From: Candidatus Kapaibacterium sp.
GTDB lineage: Bacteria > Bacteroidota > Ignavibacteria > Kapaibacteriales > Kapaibacteriaceae
Direction: 5' to 3'
Assembly: GCA_018883125.1 (NCBI GenBank)
Contig: VEQR01000003.1
Location: forward strand, 178 to 64,177
Length of the DNA stretch: 64,000 bases
Part shown: positions 49,555-59,728 of the stretch, one piece after another
Layout of the letters: every line of letters starts with the position of its first letter
Numbering within the stretch: position 1 is the stretch's first letter
Translations under genes and position numbers: made by a program
Notes under the pieces: model-generated
Told to the model about the DNA's origin: nothing
Database searches by the model: none
What the model saw: only the letters and a program-made list of their open reading frames with translations

Positions 49555-50633
49555 CCTTCCGCCGTGAGTGACAGTAGGTCACCATCATCGGTGAGAAAGC
49601 CCGCGTCGATCCAGTAGCCAAGGTCGGGCTGCAACGCCACACGCACGTCGATGCCAAAACGATCCTGCGTCTCTAACGGCCGAAGTCCATCGGCCCGCAG
49701 ATGCAGGAAGACGTGCTCGGTAAGCAGGTCGCTCTCGGTTAGCACTTCGTGATTTGCTTCCGGAAGAGCCCCCTTCAGAACATGCTGTGTCCATGCTGTG
49801 AGGGACCGGTAGTTCCAGTAGCGAGTGGTGCCGATGAATCCATGTGCGCTTGGCCCGAAGGCCAGGTATGGTTCTCCATGCCAGTAGGTCAGGTTATGCC
49901 GACAGCGGCGTCCGGCCTTGGAGAAGTTGCTCACTTCGTACTGCTCATAGCCGTGGGCACGGAGCGTGGAGATCACCAGATGATACATCTCCGCATCGAT
50001 CTCTTCGGGAAGGGGCTTTACACGACCCTTGAGAAGATCGGCATACAGTGGTGTGCCGTGTTCGTAGATAAGCGAATAGGCGGAGATATGATCTGGCTGT
50101 AAGGCAACCATTCGCTGAAGGTTATCCGAGAGCGACTCAAGGGTCTGCCCGGGCACGGCAAACATCAGATCCATATTCACATTGTCGAACCCGGCCTGGC
50201 GTGCCAGCAGCATTGCGGTAACGGCTTCATCGGCGTTGTGAATGCGATCGAGAAAGGCAAGCTCTGATGCCTGGAAGGACTGCACACCGAAGGACAGACG
50301 GTTGATGCCGGCCGCGCGATAGCCCTGCAGACGCTCAAGAGTTACCGTCCCGGGGTTGCATTCCATGGTCCACTCGCAGTCATCGGTAAACACGAAGAGT
50401 TCACGCAGAAGCGAGGTGATCCTGTGCATATCGTGCGGGCGAAGCAGAGACGGCGTGCCTCCACCAAAGAACACTGATGTGAAGGGCTGCTGTCCTGCCG
50501 CTGACCGAAGGCGTAACTCGGCTAACAGCGTATCAACGAAGCGATCGATATGCTCGGTCGATTCAATGCTATAGAAGTCGCAGTACGAGCACTTCTTTTC
50601 GCAAAAGGGGATATGCAGATAGAGTCCGAACAT
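49500..50633 (-). CDS. hemW: Radical SAM heme chaperone HemW (oxygen-independent coproporphyrinogen oxidase-like)
   Basis: LYLHIPFCEKKCSYCDF is the CxxxCxxC radical SAM motif, and SVFFGGGTPS is also present. The ATG is at 50633. Confidence 0.85.
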   Translation of the reverse strand: MFGLYLHIPFCEKKCSYCDFYSIESTEHIDRFVDTLLAELRLRSAAGQQPFTSVFFGGGTPSLLRPHDMHRITSLLRELFVFTDDCEWTMECNPGTVTLERLQGYRAAGINRLSFGVQSFQASELAFLDRIHNADEAVTAMLLARQAGFDNVNMDLMFAVPGQTLESLSDNLQRMVALQPDHISAYSLIYEHGTPLYADLLKGRVKPLPEEIDAEMYHLVISTLRAHGYEQYEVSNFSKAGRRCRHNLTYWHGEPYLAFGPSAHGFIGTTRYWNYRSLTAWTQHVLKGALPEANHEVLTESDLLTEHVFLHLRADGLRPLETQDRFGIDVRVALQPDLGYWIDAGFLTDDGDLLSLTAEGYRVCDEISSKAAARLAG

Positions 50634-50644
50634 GCTGGTGGATC

Positions 50645-51241
50645 TCACTGCACAACCTGAAAAAACCGATTCCAGCGAATATGCGGTAAGGCGTTCTCGG
50701 CTGTTGCACCATGTGACCAGTAGATGAGCAGGGGCGTGCCGATCACATCTTTCACGGGCACACATCCCCAGTAGCGGGAGTCATAGGAGTTGCGCCGATT
50801 ATCGCCGAGAACGAACAGCGAGTCCGATCCCACTATGGTGGTGACCGGACTTGTTTGTGAGGACAGCACAGGATCCATCGGAGGTTTGGCAAGGGGCGGA
50901 TCCGGCAGTGGGCGACCATTAAGCCACACGCCCTCGTGGGTGAGCGTGACGGTGTCGTTGGGAAGTCCGATCACACGTTTGACGTAAGCTTCGCGAACAG
51001 TAGTGTCGGCCGCCTGACGGCTGAAGATGACAACGTCTCCGCGGCGCACATCGCGGATGCGGTAGGCAAGCTTATTCACCATGATATAGTCACCCGGCAG
51101 CAGCGTGTATTCCATCGAATGCGATGGGATCTCAAAGGCGCCGATCACAAACACCCGCAGAAGCACCGCAACGAGCACTGCTACGGCGGCACTGGAGATG
51201 ATATCCTTCCAGGTGAGTTCTGCGAGCCCCTTGTCCGACAT
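50645..51241 (-). CDS. lepB: Signal peptidase I
   Basis: IPSHSMEYTLLPGD carries the catalytic Ser, YVKRVIGLPND the Lys box, and GDNRRNSYDSRYWG is also present. The ATG is at 51241. Confidence 0.8.
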   Translation of the reverse strand: MSDKGLAELTWKDIISSAAVAVLVAVLLRVFVIGAFEIPSHSMEYTLLPGDYIMVNKLAYRIRDVRRGDVVIFSRQAADTTVREAYVKRVIGLPNDTVTLTHEGVWLNGRPLPDPPLAKPPMDPVLSSQTSPVTTIVGSDSLFVLGDNRRNSYDSRYWGCVPVKDVIGTPLLIYWSHGATAENALPHIRWNRFFQVVQ

Positions 51242-51270
51242 GTCGAATGGTATGACGTTGTGGCCGGAGA

Positions 51271-52242
51271 TCAGTGAATGATCGTGCCGAAGCGACTCCA
51301 GCGGATCGACTTGAGCCGCTGTGCAAACGTCATGCGTGTTCCATACACGGGATCGTTCGGAGCCCATGACCAGTAGACGATCATCGGTGTGCCAACGACG
51401 TCTTCTTCGGGGATGAAACCCCAAAAGCGCGAGTCGAGAGAGTTGTCGCGATTATCTCCCATGCCGAAGACATAGTCGCGCTTAACGGTGTATGATGTGG
51501 CCGGCTTGCCATCGATGGTTCCCATTGCCGCATCCACGGTATGACCTTCGCGGGCAATGAACACTGCCCATTCACGGAAGTTCTCCGGTGTAAGCGCGAT
51601 CACGTCGCCTTCCTTCGGAATGCGGATCGGACCGTAATCATCCCGAGTATAGCCCTTTCCAATCGGGAAGGTTGCCTCACGATCGGCATCGCACACCATG
51701 GTCCGCTGCTCAGGCGTCCATCCCATGAACTGAGCATTCTCGGGGAGTGCGTACTCGTTGCCATTGACAAAAACGCGTCCGCCCTTGATCTGCAGCACAT
51801 CACCGGCTGTTGCAACACAGCGCTTGAGATAGTACTCAAATGCCGTTGGTGTAATGACGTCTCGGTTACCCGGGAAGACAAAGACAATAACATCGCCTTG
51901 CTTCGGCGCGATCACCGGTGGCAGCTTATAGTAGGGAAGGGGCTGATTCAGAAACGGAATGATCTGTGGCGTAGATGGTCCGTAAATAAATTTATTGACG
52001 AAGAGGAACTCTCCTGCCAGCACGGTGCTCTCCATGGAGCCCGTCGGAACCACAAACGATGCCAGTGCCAGACCATTGATGATCGTCACCACCGTGAGCG
52101 ACCAGACGATGGTCTTAACCCAAGCGATCAGGTGCTCGCCAAGTGTCTCGGGCTTCGGAGCATCAAGGCGTGCCTGACGTCGCTTCAGCATGAAGGCGCC
52201 GAAGCCGCCCATGCGCTGATAGAGTGATTCGATGAGTGCCAT
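51271..52242 (-). CDS. lepB: Signal peptidase I (second, longer paralogue)
   Basis: VPTGSMESTVLAGE, YLKRCVATAGD and GDNRDNSLDSRFWG are the signal peptidase I motifs. Confidence 0.8.
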   Translation of the reverse strand: MALIESLYQRMGGFGAFMLKRRQARLDAPKPETLGEHLIAWVKTIVWSLTVVTIINGLALASFVVPTGSMESTVLAGEFLFVNKFIYGPSTPQIIPFLNQPLPYYKLPPVIAPKQGDVIVFVFPGNRDVITPTAFEYYLKRCVATAGDVLQIKGGRVFVNGNEYALPENAQFMGWTPEQRTMVCDADREATFPIGKGYTRDDYGPIRIPKEGDVIALTPENFREWAVFIAREGHTVDAAMGTIDGKPATSYTVKRDYVFGMGDNRDNSLDSRFWGFIPEEDVVGTPMIVYWSWAPNDPVYGTRMTFAQRLKSIRWSRFGTIIH

Positions 52243-52251
52243 AGGGGATTA

Positions 52252-54051
52252 TCAGTCCAATGAGAGAACGGCGTGGAAGGCTTCCTGAGGAATCTCCACC
52301 TTGCCAACCTGCTTCATACGCTTTTTGCCTTCCTTCTGCTTTTCGATCAGCTTCCGCTTTCGGGAGATGTCGCCACCGTAACACTTGGCAAGAACATTCT
52401 TCCGCATAGCGCTGATCGATTCGCGGGCAATGATCTTCGAGCCGATGGCGGCCTGAATGGCTACTTCGAACATCTGGCGCGGTATCAGTTCACGCAGCTT
52501 TGAACACAGACGCTTGCCCCATTCATGGGCCTTCTGACGGTGCACGATCGAGGAAAGTGCGTCCACCTGTTCGCCGTTCAGCAGGATGTCCATACGCACC
52601 AGTTGTCCGGGCTTGTAGTCGGCATACTCATAATCGAGCGATGCATAGCCCCGTGTGTTGCTCTTGAGCTTATCGTAGAAGTCGAACACCACTTCGGCAA
52701 GGGGCAGCTCAAACGTCATGTCAACACGGTCGGCCGAGAGATAGGATTGCCCCATCATCGTACCGCGACGGTCCATGCAGAGCTTCATGATGGTGCCCAC
52801 ATACTCGGAGGGGGCGATGATCTGCGCACGGATATATGGTTCGAGGATCTCGTTGATCAGCGTCGGATTCGGCAGCTGTGCCGGATTGTCCACCCATAGG
52901 ATCTCATCACGCGTCGTCACCACCTGATAGCGCACGTTCGGGACCGTCGTGACGATCGTCTGATTGAACTCACGTTCGAGACGCTCCTGAACGATCTCCA
53001 TGTGCAGAAGACCAAGGAAGCCGCAGCGGAAACCGAAGCCGAGTGCGCTTGATGATTCGGGCTCGAAGGTGATTGCGGAGTCGTTCAAAGAAAGCTTGCC
53101 AAGTGCTTCGCGCAGATCCTCGAAGTCATCGCTATCAGCCGGATAGATACCACTGAAGACCATCGGCTTGACCTCACGGAAGCCTTCGATCGGGTTGGTT
53201 GTTGGGTTGTTGGCAAGAGTGACGGTGTCACCGACCTTTGAGTCCTGCAGCTTGCGGATCGCCGCCGTGAAGTATCCCACGCTACCCGCAGCGAGTTCAC
53301 CCGTTCGTTGCCTCTGCATATAGAGGACGCCAACTTCGTCCAGCTCGTAGGTCTGACCCGTAGCCATGAAGAGGATCTTGTCCTTCTCACGCATCGTGCC
53401 ATCGATCACGCGCACATACACGATAACGCCGCGGTACGCATCGAACACCGAGTCGTAGATCAATGCACGCAGCGGAGCCTTCGGATCGCCCTTTGGAGGG
53501 GGCACGCGGGCTACAACCGCTTCGAGGATCTCGTCGATACCAATACCGGCCTTGGCCGAAGCAAGGATCATGTCGTCCTCTTTGCAGCCGATGAGGTCCA
53601 TCACCTGCTGCTTTACGCTTTCGATGGTTGTGACAGCGCTCGGCAGGTCGATCTTGTTGATCACCGGGATGATCTCGAGTCCTTGCTCGATAGCCATGAA
53701 CAGATTCGAAATCGTCTGCGCTTCCACGCCTTGCGTGGCATCGACAACCAAGAGAGCCCCTTCACAGGCACTCAGAGATCGTGATACTTCGTACGAAAAG
53801 TCGACGTGCCCGGGAGTATCGATGAGGTTCAGCTTGTACGAATTGCCATCATTTGCAGCATAGTCCATCTGGATCGCATGAAGCTTGATGGTGATACCAC
53901 GCTCCTGCTCGAGTGGGTTGTCGTCGAGGATCTGATTCATTGTCATCTCGCGCGCAGACACACGCCCCGTCCGCTCAAGCAGACGGTCAGCCAGCGTCGA
54001 CTTTCCATGGTCGATGTGCGCGATGATGCAAAAGTTGCGGTAGTTCTGCAT
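52252..54051 (-). CDS. lepA: Translation elongation factor 4
   Basis: [28 protein letters not shown] and a C-terminus ending ...[22 protein letters not shown] are canonical LepA. Confidence 0.96.
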   Translation of the reverse strand: MQNYRNFCIIAHIDHGKSTLADRLLERTGRVSAREMTMNQILDDNPLEQERGITIKLHAIQMDYAANDGNSYKLNLIDTPGHVDFSYEVSRSLSACEGALLVVDATQGVEAQTISNLFMAIEQGLEIIPVINKIDLPSAVTTIESVKQQVMDLIGCKEDDMILASAKAGIGIDEILEAVVARVPPPKGDPKAPLRALIYDSVFDAYRGVIVYVRVIDGTMREKDKILFMATGQTYELDEVGVLYMQRQRTGELAAGSVGYFTAAIRKLQDSKVGDTVTLANNPTTNPIEGFREVKPMVFSGIYPADSDDFEDLREALGKLSLNDSAITFEPESSSALGFGFRCGFLGLLHMEIVQERLEREFNQTIVTTVPNVRYQVVTTRDEILWVDNPAQLPNPTLINEILEPYIRAQIIAPSEYVGTIMKLCMDRRGTMMGQSYLSADRVDMTFELPLAEVVFDFYDKLKSNTRGYASLDYEYADYKPGQLVRMDILLNGEQVDALSSIVHRQKAHEWGKRLCSKLRELIPRQMFEVAIQAAIGSKIIARESISAMRKNVLAKCYGGDISRKRKLIEKQKEGKKRMKQVGKVEIPQEAFHAVLSLD

Positions 54052-54078
54052 AAGAGCGCAAGTTACGGATAACGGGGT

Positions 54079-54140
54079 ACTGATGACTGATGACTGATGA
54101 CTGATTACTGATGACTGATTACTGATTACTGATTACTGAA
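54079..54140. repeat. Heptamer array ACTGATG / ACTGATT, about 9 units (left arm)
   Basis: Direct reading places it 28 nt upstream of the lepA start, in the divergent intergenic region. Confidence 0.95.
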
Positions 54141-54223
54141 TCCCCTTGGGCCCTCAAAGGGCGAGGAGTGCCCAGGATGAAGCCCGGTTAACCAGCCAGC
54201 AACATTCTGAGGAAAATGGTAGC

Positions 54224-54285
54224 AATCAGTAATCAGTAATCAGTAATCAGTAATCAGTAATCAGTCATCAGTAATTGGTCATCAG
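54224..54285. repeat. Heptamer array AATCAGT x6, then CATCAGT and related units (right arm, reverse complement of the left arm)
   Basis: Direct reading shows AATCAGT is the reverse complement of ACTGATT. Confidence 0.95.
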
Positions 54286-54386
54286 GAGTTCTTTCCCGAC
54301 TCATGGGTCGGTAAACGGGAACTTCGACGTAGATTTGTCGTGTTAGCGCCGCTCAATCTTTCATCACCATTTGAGTACACAGCATC

Positions 54387-54749
54387 ATGGCAAACCCAGA
54401 TTTCTCAGTTCTATTCAACGGCATTGATGCCAAGGACCACAATGTGTTTCGTGATTTCCTAACCGAGGATGCGCAATTCCGTTTCGCCAATCATCCGGCA
54501 GTTGTCGGTAGGGAAGCAATCGTGAGTTTCCTCGAAGGATGGTTCCAATCGATCGCTGCCATCAAGCACTCCGATCTCACTGTTCGTGCCGGAGAGGGAT
54601 TTGCTCTCACGGAGGGCGTGGTAACATATACGCGTCATAGCGGATCGACTCTGGCAGTGCCGTTTGCGAATGTCTTCAATATGGTTGACGGCAAGATCAA
54701 GGACTACTTGATCTACGTCGACAACTCGACGCTCTACACAGAAGCATAA
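54387..54749 (+). CDS. SnoaL-like / NTF2 family protein
   Basis: A 120-aa protein with FRDFLTEDAQFRFANHP...GREAI..F pattern, typical of SnoaL_2/NTF2-like folds. Confidence 0.55.
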   Translation: MANPDFSVLFNGIDAKDHNVFRDFLTEDAQFRFANHPAVVGREAIVSFLEGWFQSIAAIKHSDLTVRAGEGFALTEGVVTYTRHSGSTLAVPFANVFNMVDGKIKDYLIYVDNSTLYTEA

Positions 54750-54792
54750 GCCAATAGCGAAAACCCATAGCACGACGCTGCGTCGTGTTCGG

Positions 54793-54836
54793 CAAGCCCC
54801 ATGCCTACGCATCGTGCATGGGGCTTGTTGTTTTTA
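54793..54836 (+). terminator. Rho-independent terminator
   Basis: An 11-bp perfect stem CAAGCCCCATG (54793-54803) / CATGGGGCTTG (54817-54827) is followed by TTGTTTTT. Confidence 0.65.
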
Positions 54837-54866
54837 GGGGGCGAGTCATGTAGTCGTCGGCACTCT

Positions 54867-55979
54867 CTACCAGGGGAGATTTGACGACGATACTGAGTAG
54901 TTCACTGTTATCGTGCCAAAGACGTCGGAGTTCTGAAGACCCGTCGATGATGGGAAGATGTTGTCAGCCGAGAACATCCGTCGTATCTCACCCCGCAGCG
55001 TCGTTGACCTATTGATCGCAAGATCCACATTGCACGACAGCGACGACGTCACAAACCCAGGGCCCGTGGGCGTGGCAAACATGATCGATGCCGGATCCGA
55101 GAAATATTCGGCACGTGCACCCAACCGACATTTGGGATGAATCTGAAGGGCTGCAATTGCTGCCATGCACCAGGTGGTGGCGGTTGAATCTCCATTGAGC
55201 TGTTGTCGGCCCACGTCAGCAATGCCAACCAGTGTGAGGTCCGGCATCGGTTTCCACTCAACCCAGAAGTTATTATAGAACCGCCACGCGGCCTGCGACT
55301 CCCACGCACGCTGTCGGGTTGCCGTTCGATCTTCCATGTTACCGTAGAACGTCCCCCACGTGATCGACAGTGTCGTATCGGGTTTCCAGTTGATGCGAGA
55401 GCCCCATGCAAGATTCCGATTGACGGCTACGATTCGCTGCCATCCACTAAGCACGAGACCCTCGATAGAGAGCGATTGCAACGGGTGCCACTGCATCGAC
55501 GCACCTGTCTCGTAGTAGGGGGTCGCATCTGAACAAAAGAGTCTCGAAAGGATGAAGTTGTCTCGGGAGTTCATGGACTCATAGCCGATATGCGAAGGCA
55601 TAACTCCTGCACGCAGCGAGACGTCTGGTGTGATATCAAACCGCAGCCACGCTTGCTGAAGGTTGCGGTATGCCTTATCTGCCCCTTGGTAGTTGTCCCG
55701 AGAAAACCATCCTTCATGAACAACGAGTGCAAATGCAAATCGACCCATGCCGGATTCAATGCCGACGTCCGACTGCATCACACCCAAGATTCCATCGACC
55801 GAGGGCTGAAGGGTATAGGCACGCTCGTTAGCAAGAGGCCGATTCTCCGAACGTGAGTAGGCCAGCGTCATACCACCAACCAGCCGCCTATCGGTTCGAG
55901 GAGTTTGTTGCGCATTCAGGACTGACGGAGCCAAGACAAGCACAATCGCTGCCAAGAGCCGATAGTCCAATCGGGTCAT
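54867..55979 (-). CDS. Putative outer-membrane beta-barrel porin
   Basis: It has a signal peptide (LAAIVLVLAPSVLNAQ), abundant aromatic-terminated beta-strand patterns, and a C-terminal ...ITVNYSVSSSNLPW. The ATG is at 55979. Confidence 0.45.
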   Translation of the reverse strand: MTRLDYRLLAAIVLVLAPSVLNAQQTPRTDRRLVGGMTLAYSRSENRPLANERAYTLQPSVDGILGVMQSDVGIESGMGRFAFALVVHEGWFSRDNYQGADKAYRNLQQAWLRFDITPDVSLRAGVMPSHIGYESMNSRDNFILSRLFCSDATPYYETGASMQWHPLQSLSIEGLVLSGWQRIVAVNRNLAWGSRINWKPDTTLSITWGTFYGNMEDRTATRQRAWESQAAWRFYNNFWVEWKPMPDLTLVGIADVGRQQLNGDSTATTWCMAAIAALQIHPKCRLGARAEYFSDPASIMFATPTGPGFVTSSLSCNVDLAINRSTTLRGEIRRMFSADNIFPSSTGLQNSDVFGTITVNYSVSSSNLPW

Positions 55980-56911
55980 TACTGCACCCGGGGTTTCACA
56001 ACGACCCACGCCAGCTTTGTGCATGATGGATTGGCCGTGATGCGAGCCCCCTGCCCACCGAGGTAGAGAGATGTTAGCGGTTGCAAACCCAGTTCTGTTC
56101 CCAGGATCCAGCGGTAGATCGTGCCGGTGTTGGTAAGAAACAGCACTGACGTGTCCCAGAGCCAGCAGAAGTCCTCGGCACCTTTGGGCATGGCAACAAG
56201 CGTGTCGGGGGACAATTCGGACCCCCTCGTCATCATCAGGCGATTGACTGTCGTGTCGGACTTATCGACGTAGGTGAGCTGTCCGCGAGGATGAGGCCTG
56301 ATACACCGGCCGATGTCAGTGGCAATTGGGTAGATGGCAGTAGTATCAACGCCATGAATCTCAAGGCGGTGCGGGACGTTCTTCGCACTGTTACCGACGA
56401 TGAACAAGGCGACCCATGAGGAATCCAGCCACGTATGGTACCCCACTCTGCGCTGCGAGAGAACAGCAGAGAGGGCAGCACCAGTGGCGGAGTATCTCCA
56501 AAGTTGCTGCGACTCCGTATAGACTTCGCCGGTATCGTTCGGGCGCGAAACGCGTACCACGGAAAAATCCGTCGACCCCGGAATCGGAGTCGGCGAAAAC
56601 TCCTGTTCCGCCGTCGAGGTCAGCCGAGTGATGGCTGCTGTTGTAAGGTCGTATCGATAGACATCAGTAGCCCCGTCACCATTGCGATCCGAAACAAAAA
56701 GCAGCCCCGTGCCATCGGCCGTGAACATCGGCTGATTGTCATAGCCCGGCGCGTCAATGATCATCGCAGCGTTGCTTACTACTCCCGTACGGACATCAAA
56801 GTCAGCCAGCCAGATCTGCGTCTCGGGAAGGGGCTCGGCAGGCACCGACCTACATGACGGGAGCAGGGCGAATAGGACGAGAAACGTCAGGATGGTGGTG
56901 TGGTGCGTCAT
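55979..56911 (-). CDS. TolB-like (PD40) beta-propeller lipoprotein
   Basis: It has a lipobox (LFALLPSCRS). GYDNQPMFTADGTGLLFVSDRNGDGATDVYRY is PD40-like. The ATG is at 56911; the track uses a TTG at 56923. Confidence 0.55.
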   Translation of the reverse strand: MTHHTTILTFLVLFALLPSCRSVPAEPLPETQIWLADFDVRTGVVSNAAMIIDAPGYDNQPMFTADGTGLLFVSDRNGDGATDVYRYDLTTAAITRLTSTAEQEFSPTPIPGSTDFSVVRVSRPNDTGEVYTESQQLWRYSATGAALSAVLSQRRVGYHTWLDSSWVALFIVGNSAKNVPHRLEIHGVDTTAIYPIATDIGRCIRPHPRGQLTYVDKSDTTVNRLMMTRGSELSPDTLVAMPKGAEDFCWLWDTSVLFLTNTGTIYRWILGTELGLQPLTSLYLGGQGARITANPSCTKLAWVVVKPRVQ

Positions 56912-56923
56912 TGTCAGTGACAA

Positions 56924-57195
56924 GTTACGAGAGACGAGAGACAGATCGTCGTTAATAGCCCCGGGCCTTGGCCCGGGGTACGAGAGACGAGAGACAGATC
57001 GTCGTTAATAGCCCCGGGCCTTGGCCCGGGGTACGAGAGACGAGAGACAGATCGTCGTTAATAGCCCCGGGCCTTGGCCCGGGGTACAAGAGACGAGAGA
57101 CAGATCGTCGTTAATAGCCCCGGGCCTTGGCCCGGGGTACAAGAGACGACAGACAGATCGTCGTTAAAAGCCCCGGGCCTTGGCCCGGGGATAGC
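56924..57195. repeat. Five tandem copies of a 53-bp module: (G/A)AGAGACGAGAGACA-GATCGTCGTTAATAG-CCCCGGGCCTTGGCCCGGGG-TAC
   Basis: Direct reading places the hairpins at 56959-56978, 57012-57031, 57065-57084, 57118-57137 and 57171-57190, an exact 53-bp period. The copies are nearly identical. Confidence 0.97.
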
Positions 57196-57216
57196 ATAGA
57201 CGTATCGTCACGTTCT

Positions 57217-58683
57217 TCAGTACGCGCGTGCAAACAGCACGCGTTGAGTGCTTGGCTTGCCAGTGCGGATGCATGTGCCGACTTCTTGTGGGTTGTCGAG
57301 AGGGATGCAGCGGATCGTGGCCTTCGTCTCGTCCTTGATGAGGTCTTCAGTTTCTGAGGTGCCATCCCAGTGGGCGCTGACAAAGCCCCCTGGCCCATCG
57401 AGTGTGGCCACGAATTCCTCCCACGTGTCAACGCGGGTGATGTGCGAGTCGCGATAGGCCTTGGCACGGTCGAACATCGACTGCTGGATCTCCACCAGCA
57501 AGGCAACGATGCCGTCGGCAAGTCCTTCGAGTGGCATGTTCTCTTTTGTGCGCGTGTCGCGTCGGGCAACTTCCACGGTGCCATTGGCAAGGTCGCGTGC
57601 ACCCACGGCAATGCGGACCGGGATACCGAGCTTTTCGTATTCAGCAAACTTGAAGCCCGGACGACTCTGATCGTCAGTATCGATCTTCACACGAACGCCG
57701 CGAGCGCGGAGCTCGCTGGCGATGCCGGTGATGTGCGGATCAAGTTCGGCAAGGGGCTTCGGGATCGGAACGATCACCACCTGGTGCGGCGCCAGCTTTG
57801 GTGGAATCATCAGTCCATCGTCGTCAGAATGCACCATCACTAGGGCGCCCATTAGGCGCGTGCTGACGCCCCATGAGGTAGCCCAGACGTATTCGAGGGT
57901 GTTGTCCTTGGAACTGAACTGTACGTCAAAGGCCTTGGCAAAGTTCTGACCAAGGAAGTGCGATGTACCAGCCTGCAAGGCTTTCCCGTCCTGCATCAGT
58001 GCTTCGATGCAGTAGGTGTCTTCGGCACCGGCAAAGCGCTCGTTCGGAGTCTTAACTCCCTTGACCACCGGAATAGCCATCCACTCTTCGGCAAACGTCG
58101 CATACACGTCGAGCATCTTACGCGTCTCCTCGATGGCTTCTTCCCGCGTTGCATGCGCGGTGTGGCCTTCTTGCCAAAGGAACTCGGCAGTTCGCAGGAA
58201 CAGGCGTGTGCGCATCTCCCAGCGCACCACGTTGGCCCACTGATTGATGAGAAGGGGCAGGTCTCGATATGATTGGATCCAATCGCGATAGGTATTCCAG
58301 ATGATCGTTTCCGATGTGGGACGCACGATCAGCTCTTCTTCGAGGCGTGCGTCTGGGTCGACCACGACACCGCTGCCATCCTCGGCATTCTTCAGACGGT
58401 AATGCGTTACAACGGCACATTCCTTCGCAAATCCTTCTACGTGGGCGGCCTCCTTGCTTAGGAAGCTCTTCGGGATGAACAGCGGGAAGTAGGCGTTCAC
58501 GTGACCCGTGTCCTTGAACATCCGGTCCAACGTATCGCGCATGTTTTCCCAGATTGCAAAGCCGTAGGGCTTTATGACCATGCACCCTTTAACGGCGGAA
58601 TAATCGGCCAGACCTGCCTTACGGACGAGGTCAATGTACCACTGCGAGTAATCGTCCGCTCTGGACGTAATGTCTTTGCTCAT
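57217..58683 (-). CDS. proS: Proline--tRNA ligase (archaeal/eukaryotic-like type)
   Basis: [58 protein letters not shown] and the C-terminal ...RVLFARAY are canonical for the ProRS type lacking the INS domain. Confidence 0.93.
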   Translation of the reverse strand: MSKDITSRADDYSQWYIDLVRKAGLADYSAVKGCMVIKPYGFAIWENMRDTLDRMFKDTGHVNAYFPLFIPKSFLSKEAAHVEGFAKECAVVTHYRLKNAEDGSGVVVDPDARLEEELIVRPTSETIIWNTYRDWIQSYRDLPLLINQWANVVRWEMRTRLFLRTAEFLWQEGHTAHATREEAIEETRKMLDVYATFAEEWMAIPVVKGVKTPNERFAGAEDTYCIEALMQDGKALQAGTSHFLGQNFAKAFDVQFSSKDNTLEYVWATSWGVSTRLMGALVMVHSDDDGLMIPPKLAPHQVVIVPIPKPLAELDPHITGIASELRARGVRVKIDTDDQSRPGFKFAEYEKLGIPVRIAVGARDLANGTVEVARRDTRTKENMPLEGLADGIVALLVEIQQSMFDRAKAYRDSHITRVDTWEEFVATLDGPGGFVSAHWDGTSETEDLIKDETKATIRCIPLDNPQEVGTCIRTGKPSTQRVLFARAY

Positions 58684-58694
58684 AGACGAGCAAG

Positions 58695-58926
58695 TTACGG
58701 AGCGTAAGAATTACTGAAGTACGGAATTACGGAAGTACTGAAGTACGGAATTACGGAAGTACTGAAGTACGGAATTACGGAAGTACTGAATTACGGAAGT
58801 ACTGAGTTACTGAATGACGGAATTACGGAGCTCAATGCTAATTACGTAATTAAGTAATCAAGTAATTGAGTACTTCCGTAATTCAGTACTTCCGTAATTC
58901 AGTACTTCCGTAATTCAGTAATTCGC
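58695..58926. repeat. 8-mer arrays forming one long imperfect palindrome: the left arm has a 24-bp higher-order unit (TACTGAAG-TACGGAAT-TACGGAAG), the right arm a 16-bp higher-order unit (TACTTCCG-TAATTCAG), with symmetry centre GAGCTC at 58828-58833
   Basis: Direct reading shows it fills essentially the whole spacer between the proS start (58683) and the upstream gene stop (58928). Confidence 0.95.
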
Positions 58927-58927
58927 C

Positions 58928-59728
58928 TCACCGTTTTCCTTCAAACAGGTACACCACCTGACCATCCGGAGAAACATAGACGGCGTTGCGGACCTGATTA
59001 TCAATACCTGGGACGACCTCCGCAGGTTCCAGACCCTGGTTGCTCAGTCGGTTGATGCGCTGCACCATATCCGGCATGAAGTAGGTGAGCGTAAGTGACG
59101 GTACGTCTCGGCCCTGGTGGATTCCGATCTCTGTAAAGCCGCTTGTCATGTTGACGTACTTATACGGGATGCTATCTCCACGGACGACCTTAAAGCCGAG
59201 CTTGGACCACCAGTCTCTCTCTGTACTGAGGACCTCGGCGGCAGTGCTCAGTTCCGTGAGCTTTCCGCAGACCGGATTCATTTCGGTTGTTGGGCGGATT
59301 TCGGTTTCGACCTTCTTGGGTCGAATGGTTGCAAAGACGCTGTTGGGCGAGCGCAGGCGGATCTCGCGGAGTGTTGAGTCCTGCGTTGCCGCATCCGATC
59401 GAAACCCCAGACCATCAAGAGCGCGCTTGGTTGCCTCAAGATCTTCGACGCTGAAGATCAGCGCCGGTGACGGTTGTGACTTGCGCACCAGCGTTATCAC
59501 AACCTGTCCGTCGGTTAGCGTCAACGCCGAGTCCACACGGTCGCCCGGACGCCTGATTGGCGAAAAGCCGAGCCGTGCCCACCACGTGAGCGATTCGAGC
59601 AGATCACGGCTGGTGAGCTCAATGCGAACGGCAGAAAAGAGATCAACCTTTGATGCCGGACTCTGGGAGAGAGCTGGCATTGAGGCCACTGCGATCATGC
59701 ACGCGATAGTCAGTCGAAGATTTGTCAT
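58928..59728 (-). CDS. Secreted protein with two VOC/glyoxalase-like repeats (tentative)
   Basis: It has a signal peptide. [14 protein letters not shown] and [12 protein letters not shown] resemble glyoxalase/VOC beta-alpha-beta-beta-beta starts. It has a 4-nt overlap with ruvB. Confidence 0.4.
   Translation of the reverse strand: MTNLRLTIACMIAVASMPALSQSPASKVDLFSAVRIELTSRDLLESLTWWARLGFSPIRRPGDRVDSALTLTDGQVVITLVRKSQPSPALIFSVEDLEATKRALDGLGFRSDAATQDSTLREIRLRSPNSVFATIRPKKVETEIRPTTEMNPVCGKLTELSTAAEVLSTERDWWSKLGFKVVRGDSIPYKYVNMTSGFTEIGIHQGRDVPSLTLTYFMPDMVQRINRLSNQGLEPAEVVPGIDNQVRNAVYVSPDGQVVYLFEGKR

Noticed and set aside
54141-54223. The unique core between the inverted heptamer arms as a small RNA gene. 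Its CCAGG...AGCC...CAGCCAGC run looked faintly like an SRP/4.5S RNA.
   Set aside because: I could not find the conserved SRP domain IV motifs (a GNRA-capped helix with the AGCA/GGAA asymmetric loops) or any convincing extended helix. A covariance-model search would be needed, so it is not called.
56924-57195. Regularly spaced hairpin repeats that superficially resemble a CRISPR array.
   Set aside because: The sequences between the hairpins are themselves conserved (the same heptamers plus the GATCGTCGTTAATAG linker in every unit). There are therefore no unique spacers. The period is 53 bp including a 20-nt hairpin, and no cas genes are in the window. It is a plain tandem repeat.
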